DNA of 64,000 bases, from assembly GCA_010093745.1 (NCBI GenBank), contig MU005991.1, positions 69,678-133,677 of the forward strand. Direction: 5' to 3'. Position 1 is the first letter of the stretch, and every line of letters begins with the position of its first letter. This document shows, one piece after another, positions 13,439 to 26,700 of the stretch. The translations under genes and the position numbers were made by a program. Source of the DNA: Piedraia hortae CBS 480.64. Lineage: Eukaryota. Under the pieces are notes generated by a model. It was not told where the DNA came from, ran no database searches, and worked only from the letters and a program-made list of their open reading frames with translations.

Positions 13439-14351
13439 TAGGAAGGATTTGCTCACTAGAGCGGGCAGATTGAGGACTCTGCCTCGAACACACTGCGGTA
13501 CCTGAGAGCCTAGAGTTTAGGGTTGGGTGGGGTACGCAGAGGCTGCAGCTGCAAACAATTGTCTGGTTCCGGACAATGGCAAATTATCAATGGATTCCCC
13601 TCTTCCCTGCCTAATTTTATTGCCGGTGTCCAATCGTCGTTTCTGCTGAACGTTTGGTCCGACTACGGTGGGTCAGTTCGGTCTTACTTTTCGCCGTTGG
13701 CAGCTGATTTGGCAGATGTCAAGTCTATTGCATGCCACCTGTGCAAAATACCAGTTACGTCATAGGTGCCCTCTCGGAGGTATATTCTGGTGACCCCACT
13801 ACCAAAATCCTCGTGCAGCGCGCAGCAAAGTTCTATCCCTGGCCGCTCAACCGCCCGCATAATGTGTCAAATTAGCAGTTTGCTGTGACATGTTGAGCAA
13901 ACGTGTTTGACACTGGCCCCTGTAAACGGCTGGTCGAATCTGTAACGTCAAGCCAAATCCCCCAACTCAAAGCCGTTGGGCGTTTGGGGGTCTTGTTCTG
14001 GCTGAATTTTCCATCCGATTCCCACTCAAATGTAGCTCATGTACAGATCTAGCCCGCAGTGTCGATCAACGTGAAAAACCACCGGGAATGCACTACTGCA
14101 GTGCAGCTGCAGCCCGTGCACAACGTCGAACTCCCCCCCCCAACATCTCCTAGAAAAGCGTTGGGTGATGGACCCTGTCGCATTCCTGACAGTTTGTAGG
14201 ATGGGTCGAGCACGAACTGTCATTTCCTGTGGCAGCCTTATAGCCACGCCCTGTGCTCACGACCCTTTTCGCGTCTCTAGTCACACTTCCCTTTTCCCCC
14301 ACCAAGCCCCACCTCGCAGAAAAGCTGGACTCTTCTTGCAAACTCCCTGAC

Positions 14352-15598
<1,247 letters not shown>

Positions 15599-15640
15599 TT
15601 GTAGGACAAGAAAAAGCTTCACAGTATGAAAAACAGTACT

Positions 15641-16252
15641 CTACGATTGAGTCGTCGGCACGCTTACTCCATATGCATCTTTTAGCCTTTGAGCTCGCCT
15701 CTCTTCGTAACCAGGCCCATAGATTCCTATCCGCGTTAGCCACCCTCCATACCACCTCTCACCACCAAACTTACCTCTCCCCTCCCCCAACTCCCTAACC
15801 GTCTCCTCAACCGGCCTCCTCCTATTCAACCTCATCGCCTGCTTATTCGCCATCTCATCTCCAAAGGCCGGAAAGCCCCTTAACCGCCCCCCCAAATACG
15901 TAAACGTTCCCAACGTCGCCGCCAACGCAGACCCATACCCCACCACAGCCGGTAGGGTCCCGAACCTCAGTCCCAACACCGCACCAGCGAAAAGTCCTCC
16001 CACGCTCGCACTTGTAGCATCATCATTCTCCCTCAGATTCGCCGTCGCAGATTTAGCAAACATGTACGCCGCGCCCATTCCGCCCGACACGGCTGTTGTT
16101 GCGCCGTGTTTGCGCAGAGCAGCGAACGCGCCGATCGGTGCGCGGGTTAGGGAGGCTTTGATTGTGGTTAAAAAGAGACCACCGAGGCCGGTGTATAGCC
16201 CTGCTTTGAGGGTCGAGCGGAGGGTGTCGATTGGTTGGTAATCTTCGCCCAT
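15641..16252 (-). CDS. NDUFA11: Complex I 21.3 kDa subunit (NDUFA11, Tim17 family); in-frame intron 15774-15727
   Basis: ATANLRENDD, GGLFAGAVLG, RRRPVEETVRELGEGRGIYGPGYEERR. Confidence 0.88.
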   Translation of the reverse strand: MGEDYQPIDTLRSTLKAGLYTGLGGLFLTTIKASLTRAPIGAFAALRKHGATTAVSGGMGAAYMFAKSATANLRENDDATSASVGGLFAGAVLGLRFGTLPAVVGYGSALAATLGTFTYLGGRLRGFPAFGDEMANKQAMRLNRRRPVEETVRELGEGRGKFGGERWYGGWLTRIGIYGPGYEERRAQRLKDAYGVSVPTTQS

Positions 16253-16526
16253 TGTGGGAGTTATCTTGGGGGGTGGGTTGGGTTGCTTCAAACACAGTGA
16301 GGTTGAGCGGAAGGAATTCCGTGGGTGGGAGGGATGCAAATGTATCACATGTGACTGTTGGAAGGAGGATTGGATGATGCGCTGCGGTACGACTCGGGAG
16401 AGAGTATACGGATTGAGAGGAGAATAGGTGGATTTAACGACTAAGCGATCGAACGACTAATTGGATCTGAAAGGGCCATATTGAAGCGAGTAACGTCGGG
16501 ATAGGAGGGCTGGATAAGCGGACCCA

Positions 16527-17342
16527 ATGCCTCCCCCCCGAAGAAGAAAAGCCCAAAATGACCCCCTCGCGATTCTTACACAGATCGCCCTCCTTCAACT
16601 GGGCTTCTACGCGGCAGCTGCGGTGTTGATTACGTTCTCCGCTCTTGCGGCGGGGTGGAAGCTTTCACCTGATTTGTTTTTGGATTGGAGATCGGTGCGC
16701 ACGGATGCGGCGACCGGGTGGACGCTTGCGCTTTGTTGGATCTTGGTGGCGGGGGTTATGTATGTTTTCCTTTCACCTTGGGGGGCGCTGGAGGGGGGGA
16801 GGTCNNNNNNNNNNNNNNNNNNNNNNNNNNNNNNNNNNNNNNNNNNNNNNNNNNNNNNNNNNNNNNNNNNNNNNNNNNNNNNNNNNNNNNNNNNNNNNNN
16901 NNNNNNNNNNNNNNNNNNNNNNNNNNNNNNNNNNNNNNNNNNNNNNNNNNNNNNNNNNNNNNNNNNNNNNNNNNNNNNNNNNNNNNNNNNNNNNNNNNNN
17001 NNNNNNNNNNNNNNNNNNNNNNNNNNNNNNNNNNNNNNNNNNNNNNNNNNNNNNNNNNNNNNNNNNNNNNNNNNNNNNNNNNNNNNNNNNNNNNNNNNNN
17101 NNNNNNNNNNNNNNNNNNNNNNNNNNNNNNNNNNNNNNNNNNNNNNNNNNNNNNNNNNNNNNNNNNNNNCTCTACAACTCGTTTCTGTGGCCATTATGGT
17201 CAGTTTGGGCATGTGGGCGTGTCGGTGGCGAGAACTCCAGCCGATTGAGTTCGGGTTTGGGAGGGCTGCGGAGGTGGAGATGAGTCTTTTGGGCAATACG
17301 GGGAGGGAAAGTGGTGGTGTTGAGCGAGAGGGGGGAGGGTAG
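16527..17342 (+). CDS. SYS1: Sys1 Golgi integral membrane protein (middle lost in an assembly gap)
   Basis: PLAILTQIALLQLGFY at the N-terminus, LGMWACRWRELQPIEFG at the C-terminus; donor GTATGT at 16760. Confidence 0.85.
   Translation: MPPPRRRKAQNDPLAILTQIALLQLGFYAAAAVLITFSALAAGWKLSPDLFLDWRSVRTDAATGWTLALCWILVAGVMYVFLSPWGALEGGRXXXXXXXXXXXXXXXXXXXXXXXXXXXXXXXXXXXXXXXXXXXXXXXXXXXXXXXXXXXXXXXXXXXXXXXXXXXXXXXXXXXXXXXXXXXXXXXXXXXXXXXXXXXXXXXXXXXXXXXXXXXLQLVSVAIMVSLGMWACRWRELQPIEFGFGRAAEVEMSLLGNTGRESGGVEREGGG
16805..17169. other. Assembly gap (N run)
   Basis: 365 N. Confidence 1.
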
Positions 17343-17539
17343 GTGGATTGATTCAACAGGGTGTATGATTATTGTATGATTATCAGGGAGAAGAGCGTTT
17401 GTTGGGGAGGTGTAGAGTATGATGCAGCCAAGCTGAAATTGGCGAGAATAATGTCCGCTGTATCAAAGTGTTTCGCTATATCTAGGGTGACTAGGTTGAG
17501 AGTGCCGACAGTTTGCTATATGGGAAGAGCCAGTGTTTG

Positions 17540-18900
17540 TGGTATGAAGTTTGACAGTGTGGAACAAGCTCTGAAAATGTCATCGATCTTCTGCAACTGC
17601 AAGAAGTCGGAAAACGCGTCTGTGCTCTCGCCAGCAGTGGGCCAATTTTTTCAGGGTGAAAGATGTGCACAACAAATGGCAGCGAATAGCAGAGCAAAGA
17701 GGACGAGCAGCTCAACCACTAGGCAGTCATGGAGAGGGTTTTCCAGATTCTCGGCCACGAGGGATTCGAGTTCCGCCCCAAGCTCTATCGGGCATCAAGC
17801 TCCAAGGGTAAAAGTCTACTCAACAACGCCGGCAGGCAGACTTGAGGGCCTGACGAGGACGAGCTGAAAAAAATCTGTTCTTCACACACCCCGAGATGAT
17901 TAACATCCCAAAGGATAAACACATGGCAGGTATTTTACGGCGGTGGGCTAGGGCTTCACATCTCAGCGCCATTCCAATATTGAACACTACCCTGATCACG
18001 AAGGCCCATTGACGAAAACTAAAGCACGATTACCTCCATCGATTTAATCGACCCAGGTGCTCTGAGCTACCTAACACTCGACGCGACGTATGGGGCCAAC
18101 AAATACGACATGCCCCTGGTAGCATTTCTTATGGTCACACAATTGTACTACCTCCAGCACACTTTCTGGTGCCCGTGGAGAATTTTTTCAATCACCTCTG
18201 GATCATCAGGCAGTTGCGAGAACTCATCGTGGACCTTGGAATGCTGCTCCCATCAGTCATGTTGCATACTAGGGACCAAGCGTGCGGAAAGAATTGATTT
18301 CATGCTATATCCATGGCATATGAACGCGGATGTGGAGGCTGTTTGTACCGATGACCTTGGCCCAGAGAGGGGAGAAATGATGAAGTTCCAGAGATGCTGG
18401 AGGCCATGAAACTTTACCGTGCATGGGTGGATGCCAAGTTGGAGGAAGCATTCAACGGCGCAACTGCAGCTTTGCTCCAGCGCGCGGGGAGTGATGAAAC
18501 GTGGCTAGATCCTGCACATTATATGGACTGAAAGTGGTGGCCACATAAGAAGCTGGTTGTCAGATAATGAATCAACCAAGGTCATGCGGAACCTTACTGG
18601 ACGAGGGAGCGCTTTCGAGGTTAAAGCCGTGGCTGAAGACGATACGAGCAAAGGCGCGGTGTCTAGCTTGGCGCAAGAACACGGGCTTATGCCCCTCTCG
18701 AGACTGTTATCAAAATTAGTCGATATAAATTACAAAAAGACATCATTCTTTAAGTCTTCTAGTCAAATTCTTCCTCTGATTTCGATGGCACTGCGTCCAG
18801 CAGCAATTTGGCGGGCTCATTGCCTTCCCACAGATTGCTTTTACCGTTCTGCATTTGATCTTCCAAAAATTTTTTAGAACCACATAATTATTCTGCAAGA
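17540..18900 (+). mobile_element. Decayed Mutator-like (MULE) DDE transposase
   Basis: LTLDATYGANKYDMPLVAFLMVT at about 18070 (cf. LDxTYKTNRYxMPL), LYPWHMNADV (cf. LCxWHxxKNV), KWWPHKK; frameshifted. Confidence 0.8.
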
Positions 18901-18969
18901 AAAGCGCTTGTTGCGAATGTAGCCGCGAATATTCCTGCAGCTGTTGCTGCGCGCATTCTAGGACTTGCG

Positions 18970-20433
18970 CTTGCTGCTGTATCTTTTATTGCGCCATGTC
19001 ATGCAGCTTCCGCATGTTGCCCACGTCCTGACGCAATTGCTGCACGTCACTTTTCAGGGTTTCGATGTGTGCGTCTTTACTCTGGTTCAGCTCCTGGGCG
19101 TGTTGCTTCAAATATTCCATCTGAACATTTGCAGCCGCATTCAATCTGCCGTAAAGATGACTGATCTCCTGTTTGCATGGCTCCTAATCCTGGACATGTT
19201 GCTTTAAATCTTTGATATGTGCATTTTGACTCGCAGGCAGTGCCTTCTTAGACGCTGCAAAATCATTCCCACCTTGGTTACCAGATTTGGCAGAGGTGGT
19301 GATACCCTCGCGAGAGACCTCCTCAACATGCTCCTCGTTGGCCCACAATCGCTTAGCCATCCCTTCCGTCATCTGATCCACGTGGCTGATAATCCGTTCC
19401 TTATGCAGGCCAAAGAAATCTTGGTAAATCTCCTTGATAATCGCAGTAACTTTACTACTGATCACCTCATCCAAATGAACCGTTCCCGAAAACCCATGGT
19501 CAGGATTTTTAACATAATTTTAGGCGATTTTGATCCGAAAAAGCAGACAGCGACGGTAGCAGATCTCCTTTCTACCATCATTCCTTGGTGAAGAAGTGTC
19601 CGTGTATGAATATATCTTCATCATCATGCACCATGCCAAAGCCCAAAACCCGGGCCTGCAGCTCGTCAATCTCTTCAGGCTTAACGGCATCACACAACTG
19701 AACAATCGCATCAATAATAGTAGATCCGTCCAATGACTCCTTATCTTTCCCTTTATCCCAGTCGCAGCCGTGGGCCAGTATCTCGCCGACCGAGAATGGA
19801 AAGAACTGCTTCGAGAGTGTCGAGAATGTTGCTGGCCTGTCTGTGTTGTATATTTCCAGTTTCTCCAGCTGCGATGAGGTGAATGCCTTCTTTTCCAGAC
19901 CAATGCTGATGGTCGGCCACGGACGGTTATTATTCTTTTTCAGCCTCCATTTCCGATCGCTCGTTCGGCGTAATGGATTAACAATCTTCCAGGGTCCTCA
20001 TTGGTCAATACGTCCATTGGAACAGGCACAGTGAGAGTGGTTAGTCCGAGAAGAAGTCCTCTTTTACTAGCATATCGAAAAGCGAACCTTTTTCCTCCCA
20101 GTATTCAAAGTTTCCAAGGCGTTGAGTCGGCATGGGCTCGAAGGATCCGACCCCATATCTGCGCTACTTTGCTACATCATTCGGGTTTACCCAACAATCA
20201 TAGTCAAAAACGTCCTTTTTGTAATGCTTGAGCTGTATTTTGAGTGTACTCTTTGCCGGTAGTTTACTCATGACGGCTGGCCAACTCGAGTCGAGGGCCC
20301 AATGAGCGATGGGGTCATTTGGCCCGTCCAGGTCAAAAGAATGACTTGCAGCACGACGCTTCATTAGCCTATTTGACTCCAACGGCACGTCATCATCGCA
20401 ATCGCGTTTCGCTCCGGGGACATCAAAAGCCAT
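18970..20433 (-). pseudogene. Pseudogene of a widespread Pezizomycotina uncharacterised family (PQPDxxVG...YFPFLTCEVK...HD...IYGH type; I recall it as DUF7924)
   Basis: PWPTISIGLEKKAFTSSQLEKL...FFPFSVGEI...LGFGMVHDDEDIFIHGHF, then TAIIKEIYQDFFGLHKERIISHVDQM in another frame; stops and frameshifts. Confidence 0.6.
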
Positions 20434-21480
20434 GCCAGCGGGCTTTGTTGGAATGTCACAAGGTTAGATGATTTTGCTACCACAAGATAGATAATTTGTA
20501 CAGTGTTGCTGAAAAGGTGGTGGCCTGGTCCTGCATCCCGTCAGAAAGTTGCTTGCGGCCCAATGTTACACATACACGCTCCCTTTCAAAACAGCGGTGT
20601 GTTGCTAGTGAATTCGGATGTATGTGCACACTTTACAAGGACCGTAAATTCACCTCAAGCAATTAACTCGAAGCATCGAACGAGAAAATTTTTCGGAGTG
20701 CATGATCAGATAACGGCAACATCCATTCCGGACTCATTCTGAGACTGGCCAGTGCAATCGTCCGGAAGCCTTTCCAAAGGCTGTAAGTGAATTGGGGATT
20801 GCAAAGTTTTCGTCAGACATTTCCATAATGTGAGCAACCACATCGTTGCCCAGAGCTGTCCAACGCAGCGAAAACGAAGGAGAAGTAAATTGTTGGAGTC
20901 AAGCGCGGGGTACTTGCGCAGCACGTCAGCGACACCTCCAAGCTAAACAGAGCTTGTGTTATGCAGGTCACCGCGGAGCGATCCGCACGCGATAACCCCG
21001 ATCCCAGTTCCGGGTTCGGGCACTTGAAAATTTTTCTTGTGTAGCTCTAGACACGCATATATACGGACACACCTGCGAGGTGTCGCTGCTTATTAGAACA
21101 TGCGCAAGGATTTCGAGGGATATGTGGTGATGAGCTCTGTCTGGAATTCACGTCTGAACGCCATACAGTTTCCGGAACTTTATTTGGTGGAGCTTGGACA
21201 TTTGTCCCTTAGGGGAGCATTGAATCAAAGCTTCACGGACGAGGATACAGATATCACGTGGCGTTCGCATGACTAGTTCAAACTCTAATCGGAAAGTCGT
21301 ATTGGAAGATAGTTGTTGCGTAGCGTAATCGTTCTGAAGATTGAGTTTGTTCACAAATCTATCTTCTCTGATGTTCAGCAGCGAGCTCATATACAAGTAG
21401 CTTCTTTGCTCATACAATTTCAAATATTACCCCATTACTCCACTTTCCCCTTTATAATGGTCTTTGAGTAATTTGATATA

Positions 21481-21990
21481 CAGGGTTAGGCTGAGGGAGA
21501 GTAGTGGTGGACATCAGTTGTAGTGGGTGAAGGGTGGGAGAGTAGTGTGGGTCAGACATCAGTGGTGTATAGGGATAGGGTTGGGAGGGAGTTGTGGTGC
21601 AGGGTGAGAAAGGGTATTGAGGGTAGGGTCAGACATGAGTGGTGGGAGGACATTAGTTGTGGGAGTGGGTGTAGGGGTAGGGTTACGGGGTGGACGCAAA
21701 AACGAGACGGAGTTCAGGGACATGAGTGGTGTGTGGACAACAGTTGGGATGGGTAGGGTTAGGATTACTAAGTTCGACTGAAAAAAAAAACGAAAGGTCC
21801 AAGTTCGAGTTTTGGAAAAGTAGTCGGAGGGGAAGGAAGACATCAAAGAGGTGGGAGATGAGATGTGGTGTGTAGGGGTAGGGTGAGAGAGTAGTGAGTG
21901 TCAAGGGTTAGGTTTGGCAGATATGTACTAAAAATAAAAACGAAAGGTCCGAGTTCGAGTTTTGGAAAAGTAGTCGGAACGGAAAAGTAA
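21481..21990. repeat. G-rich internally repetitive tract with a 43-bp direct repeat (about 21786-21828 and 21936-21978)
   Basis: AAAAACGAAAGGTCCRAGTTCGAGTTTTGGAAAAGTAGTCGGA twice; recurring GACATNAGT and AGGGTTAGG motifs. Confidence 0.8.
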
Positions 21991-23022
21991 AACATGGAAG
22001 GGATACATAAGGTGGTCGCCCTAAGCCTTGTCAAACTCGGGTAAATCGTGAGCAGTGTTGTTTACTTGACAATACGACCACACGTACGACCGTACAGCGA
22101 TCGGCTTGAAGGTTGAGCAGTACGGCATGACACCGTGAAAACTTTTCAACCGAGTGCAGCATGTCCTCAACGGATTGAAACAGAACCCGTATCCCATAGA
22201 CTCTAGAAGCAATCCTTCCACATTTTCCACTCTATCCTTCTTCTTTCCACATGGTGACTAAAGCATCCTTAAACTTATTTGAAGGGAGAAAAACGCCCCT
22301 TATCACTTGCGGGGTCGCGCATCAAAGCAGATGTCGTAGAATTGCATGATTCGTAGGCAGAATAATAGCACTTGCGGTCCATCGCCACGCCAAAGTACCA
22401 CTATCAACGTATTCTTCATATGTACGGATGCTACTCCTAGATAAGGCACTTGTACAATGACCGGTGCCAGATCTGCACTGACATATCATCTATTGTGAAA
22501 CCAGGAACGAAGCAAATACCCTATCTCATTCGCCCCTGCCCTAATCAGAAAAATCATGTCGCTGTCAGCGCGAGGAGAGGGTATTTTGGAAGCATCGATG
22601 AACAAATCAAATAGTTGTCGTCGCGCAGATGTGACTGGTTCATCAGGTCATGGCCTGCCTTGAACGTTTTGTAAGCACGATTCAAGCCTGTGAGCCCGTG
22701 ATTCAGGTCGGATAACATTGATTCCTCAATGAAGGGCGCCTGCAGTGAAAAGAAGATAGTATATGCGAATGAGAACGATGGATAGAAAGTTTAGATGTAT
22801 GTACAAGTAAATACAAGTGCATTTACGAGGGGATATCAGAGAATATATTCTGGGCTGGAATGCCCGTGCGTAGCCTCGTATGAAGAGCCATCGTATGACC
22901 ACAAGCAAGTGGTCATACATGCAGTAAGACCGTCAGCATACAGTCTTACTCCATAACTCACCTCAAACAGTAGCAGGGCGCATTCACCATGTCGCATGCG
23001 ACATTATCTTAAGGGAAACCTC

Positions 23023-23539
23023 TGTGAGGACAAAACCTAGGGTGCAGCTGCTGGTGTAAGAGGTGTCGCGCAGTGGCATCGTACACTCATAGCAACGAGA
23101 CTTCATGCCAACATGCAGTGAGATCGTCTATGAGGAACAGAGCTCATCAGGAGAAAAAGAGAGAAAAGCACAACCAAGTCGAAGGAAATGCACCTCGAAT
23201 CCCGGCGCACCCACCTCTCCACAAAGCATGTCCATTCACCTCCCCACACGACAAAAGTGCAATATCCAGTGGACCCCCTCATACCAAACGACAATCCTAG
23301 TTTATTTCGCAAACCTACCCTCTCCGCAGTCCCACATCTCTACTCAACCTGTCCAGTTCACGCCCCACTACAGCCCTGAAATTAAATTCCCTCCCTCTTA
23401 TAATCATCGCTCGCTTACCAACCCACCGATCCAGCACACGTCTGGGCAACACCGCCACAGAGCGTGGAGCATCCACAGAACGACGCGGCTGAGGACCGGT
23501 ATCTGCCTCTGAAATAATTCAACAAGACCCTTCCTCACA
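23023..23539. mobile_element. Candidate LTR (517 bp)
   Basis: TGTGAGGA...TCCTCACA 8-bp terminal inverted repeat, followed at once by TGG (PBS-like); no TSD. Confidence 0.45.
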
Positions 23540-23704
23540 TGGTTCGACTGCGATGATCATAGCATACATTGCAGTGTAGTTCTCTTTCTGGAGATTTTCA
23601 CTGCAGGTTCAAGAAAGAATCTTCAAATTTAGCGACACGGACCGACTGTATCACTCTGTAAAAGGAATTGGGGCCGTTGGAAATTTATACAAATTCAGTT
23701 TCAT

Positions 23705-26700
23705 TCAGAAGGAGTCTTTGCCCGTGAAATACAGAACAGTAAAACCAGTCTCATTGTTGGGGTAAACCACTGTCCGTCCGCACGAAAACCAACCATGCGC
23801 TTCCAGTTGATCAGGGCGTTTGAACATCTTCCGACCATCGACAGTGATCCAATTTTCTGAAGAGTTCAATAACCGAATTTGTCGGCCTTGGAACATCGAA
23901 GTTGATCTTGTCGCGGCAGAAGAGTCCGCCTGCGCTTGGGGCTGATTGTCTTCGTTGACTGCTAACCTGTCCACGACAGGCAGGAACCTTGACGACACGA
24001 AGCGACCATCGATAAGTATCGAACCACCATAAGGACCCTCAACGAGTGTGCGCACAATGCACGCCTTTTCAATGTCCCATTCATATATCCCACAAGAGTC
24101 CCAAGTGTAGAGCATCTGACCGTCTGCTGAGAAACATGCCTCCTCCATTCGGTCTTCAGAGCTCAGTACCAGTGGGGTTTGTGACTCCGGTCCCCAGATT
24201 CTTATTGTGTAATCGCTTGATGCCGATGCAAAGTTCTGCCCATCTGGAGAAATCGCTATAAGACTGATCTCATCCGTATGACCCGTGAACTTTTCTCGCA
24301 GAACGTCACGTTCCAGATCGATAGCCCATATCTGACCGTCGCCCAAACCGCAAAGGAGTGTTTTGTTGTCCGGGTATAACGCAAGAGCTGTAGCACTGAG
24401 CTTTCTCAGTACATCTGCATCCATGTCCCAAATTAACACCACATTTTTCGGGGGCCGGCTTAAGGAGGCAACAACCACGAAACGACCGTCCGATGAGATC
24501 AGGATCCGGCGGTTAGAGGTTTCAGAAAGCCTGTCATCTGTTAATCGCCGTTCGCAAATTCGCGTTTCAATGTTCCAAACGCTGAGCTGATTTGGTTCAG
24601 AAAATGAAGCGAGTGATCGTCCATCGGTTGACAGTGCAACGATAGAGTTGTTAGTCCGATGCTGCGGGCTCTTCAAGAGCAGATCCACGTCCAACTGTGT
24701 AACTCGTCCACCCCAATGCCCCACCCAGATTGTGTTCCCGTCAGGAGATGATGTCATGGCTGTGATTCCACTGGTTTTCAGGGGCAGTTTCATCGGCCCT
24801 TGTTGCGTTTGAAAGTCGTACACATAAAGACTATTCCAGTCCCCAAACAAGACTCTCTGGCTGCCTGGCGTAACCATGATATAAGAAACGTACGAAGACA
24901 CGTCTTTTTGCATGATTTGGTCAACTTCGTGGGTGGTGCAGTGAAACACCGATATCGTGCGAGACCCAAAGACAACGAACTTGCCGTTTGGCGAAATGGC
25001 GATTCTCAGGATGGCACTACCTACTTGGCATAGTCTTTCAGGCCCAGCTTGTGCGCTCCATTTCCAGATGTCTGTGGATCCCGACACCAGTGTGTCATTA
25101 TCTGACGAGAACGCCATGCACGGCACTGAAGAGCTGTGACCCTCAACCACCTGTCCGGCGTAGTTTTCTGCGTAGCTTTCTGCGTCGTTTTTGGCGTCCT
25201 TGTCGGCGTCCCAGATGTAAATCGCACCGGTGTCCAAGCCCCAAGCGGCATATCGGCCGTTCGGAGAGACGGAAACGCTTTTTGCTTGGCTTGGGAGTTT
25301 GAGATCAATTCGTCTGGCGTCGTCTTCCAAATTCCACCTCCAGTACCCCGCGCGCACTCCTGCAATGATCACAAGGTCTTCTTTGGAGAACGCTGAAGCA
25401 ACCTCTTGAATATAGTGATATGGCATTTCAATTTCTGTACGTTTTTCTTCGGTGCCGCTTTCAACATCCCATAGTCGCACTGTGTTGTCACTGCCAACAG
25501 TGACAAGCCGTCTCCCGTCGATTGAAGGTGCTATCGACAGTATATTATCAGTATGCCCCATCAAGGTTTGCAACACAAAGCCCCAATCAGTCGTGAGTGG
25601 CGGCCAAACTTGCAAGAAATCTTCCATCTCACTTCTGAAGCTGGTTCGTACGATACTGTTGCTCGGCGCAGAAGCCGCTGCTGAAAGGTATGTCTGAAGC
25701 GGTGTATCGCTGATCAGGTATCGGATTGCTGGAACCCATCTTAGGGCATCGGCGACAAAGGCGTGTAGCTTGGGCGAAGATTCCGACTGCGCAGAGTTAG
25801 GCATGCTTTTGTCGGATTGAAACGGAAGCAATACATACGTCGATGGCCTTTTGCAGCTGCTTTAGGCATATTATCATTTCCCCAAGCTTGTCCAGCCAGG
25901 CCATTGCCTCTGTCCAATAAAGAAGAAATGTGCGTAGGAAAAGATCTACTTGCCCGCCATCTTTGATTGCCTCATTGCTATGGATCGCATGGCTGGCCCA
26001 GTAGCGGCAGGCGTACTGGGCTGACTCAGGAACATGCCTGTCGATATCTTCGGCGGGCACATCCTCGCGTTCCGTTCCAGGACCTTTTTGCTTGCAAACA
26101 TCACGGACCAACTTCTTCTCGAGCAAATTTAAGCATTTACTCATGAGCACGCCATGTACTTCTCCTTGGTCAATCCAGAATTCAGAACGGTCCTTGAGAC
26201 TAGGATCCATGAGGAAATCTCGAAAAGATTCGTGGTAAACTCGTACCGCTGCCCGTGAACCCGCCTTGACCTCCTTACCACTTGGAAACTCAATTACGGA
26301 ACTCAAGGGATTGAGAACATTAGCAACAACCATAGTATTCCCTCCCAAGAGCTCCGTAAGTGCCGAGATTGTGAGAGAAGAATGGAGAACGGCCAATGGC
26401 TTGATGACCTGGCCAAACCAAATCGGCCACTTTATGTCGAGCTTAGCAGCTTGGTTCAAAATGTCCAGATAGATTGCAGTCAGCGCATCTGTACCGGTAG
26501 ATTTGAGCCCGTTTACCCGTTCTTGAAGATGTCCTGAATCATTTCTGGCATCCCTAAGGATTGTTGAAGCCGCGATGAATAGTGGCTGAGATATCTGAAC
26601 CAGCCTGTCAACAACATCTTCGCCAGGCCATTCATCTCCTAATTCATCGGGAACTAAATTGTTCTTGCGCTCCTCGCGAATCTTCTTCAGCTCATTCCCG

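Noticed and set aside
21481..21990. True telomere repeat or telomerase RNA template
   Set aside because: No tandem (TTAGGG)n and no TAACCCTAA template; only isolated words
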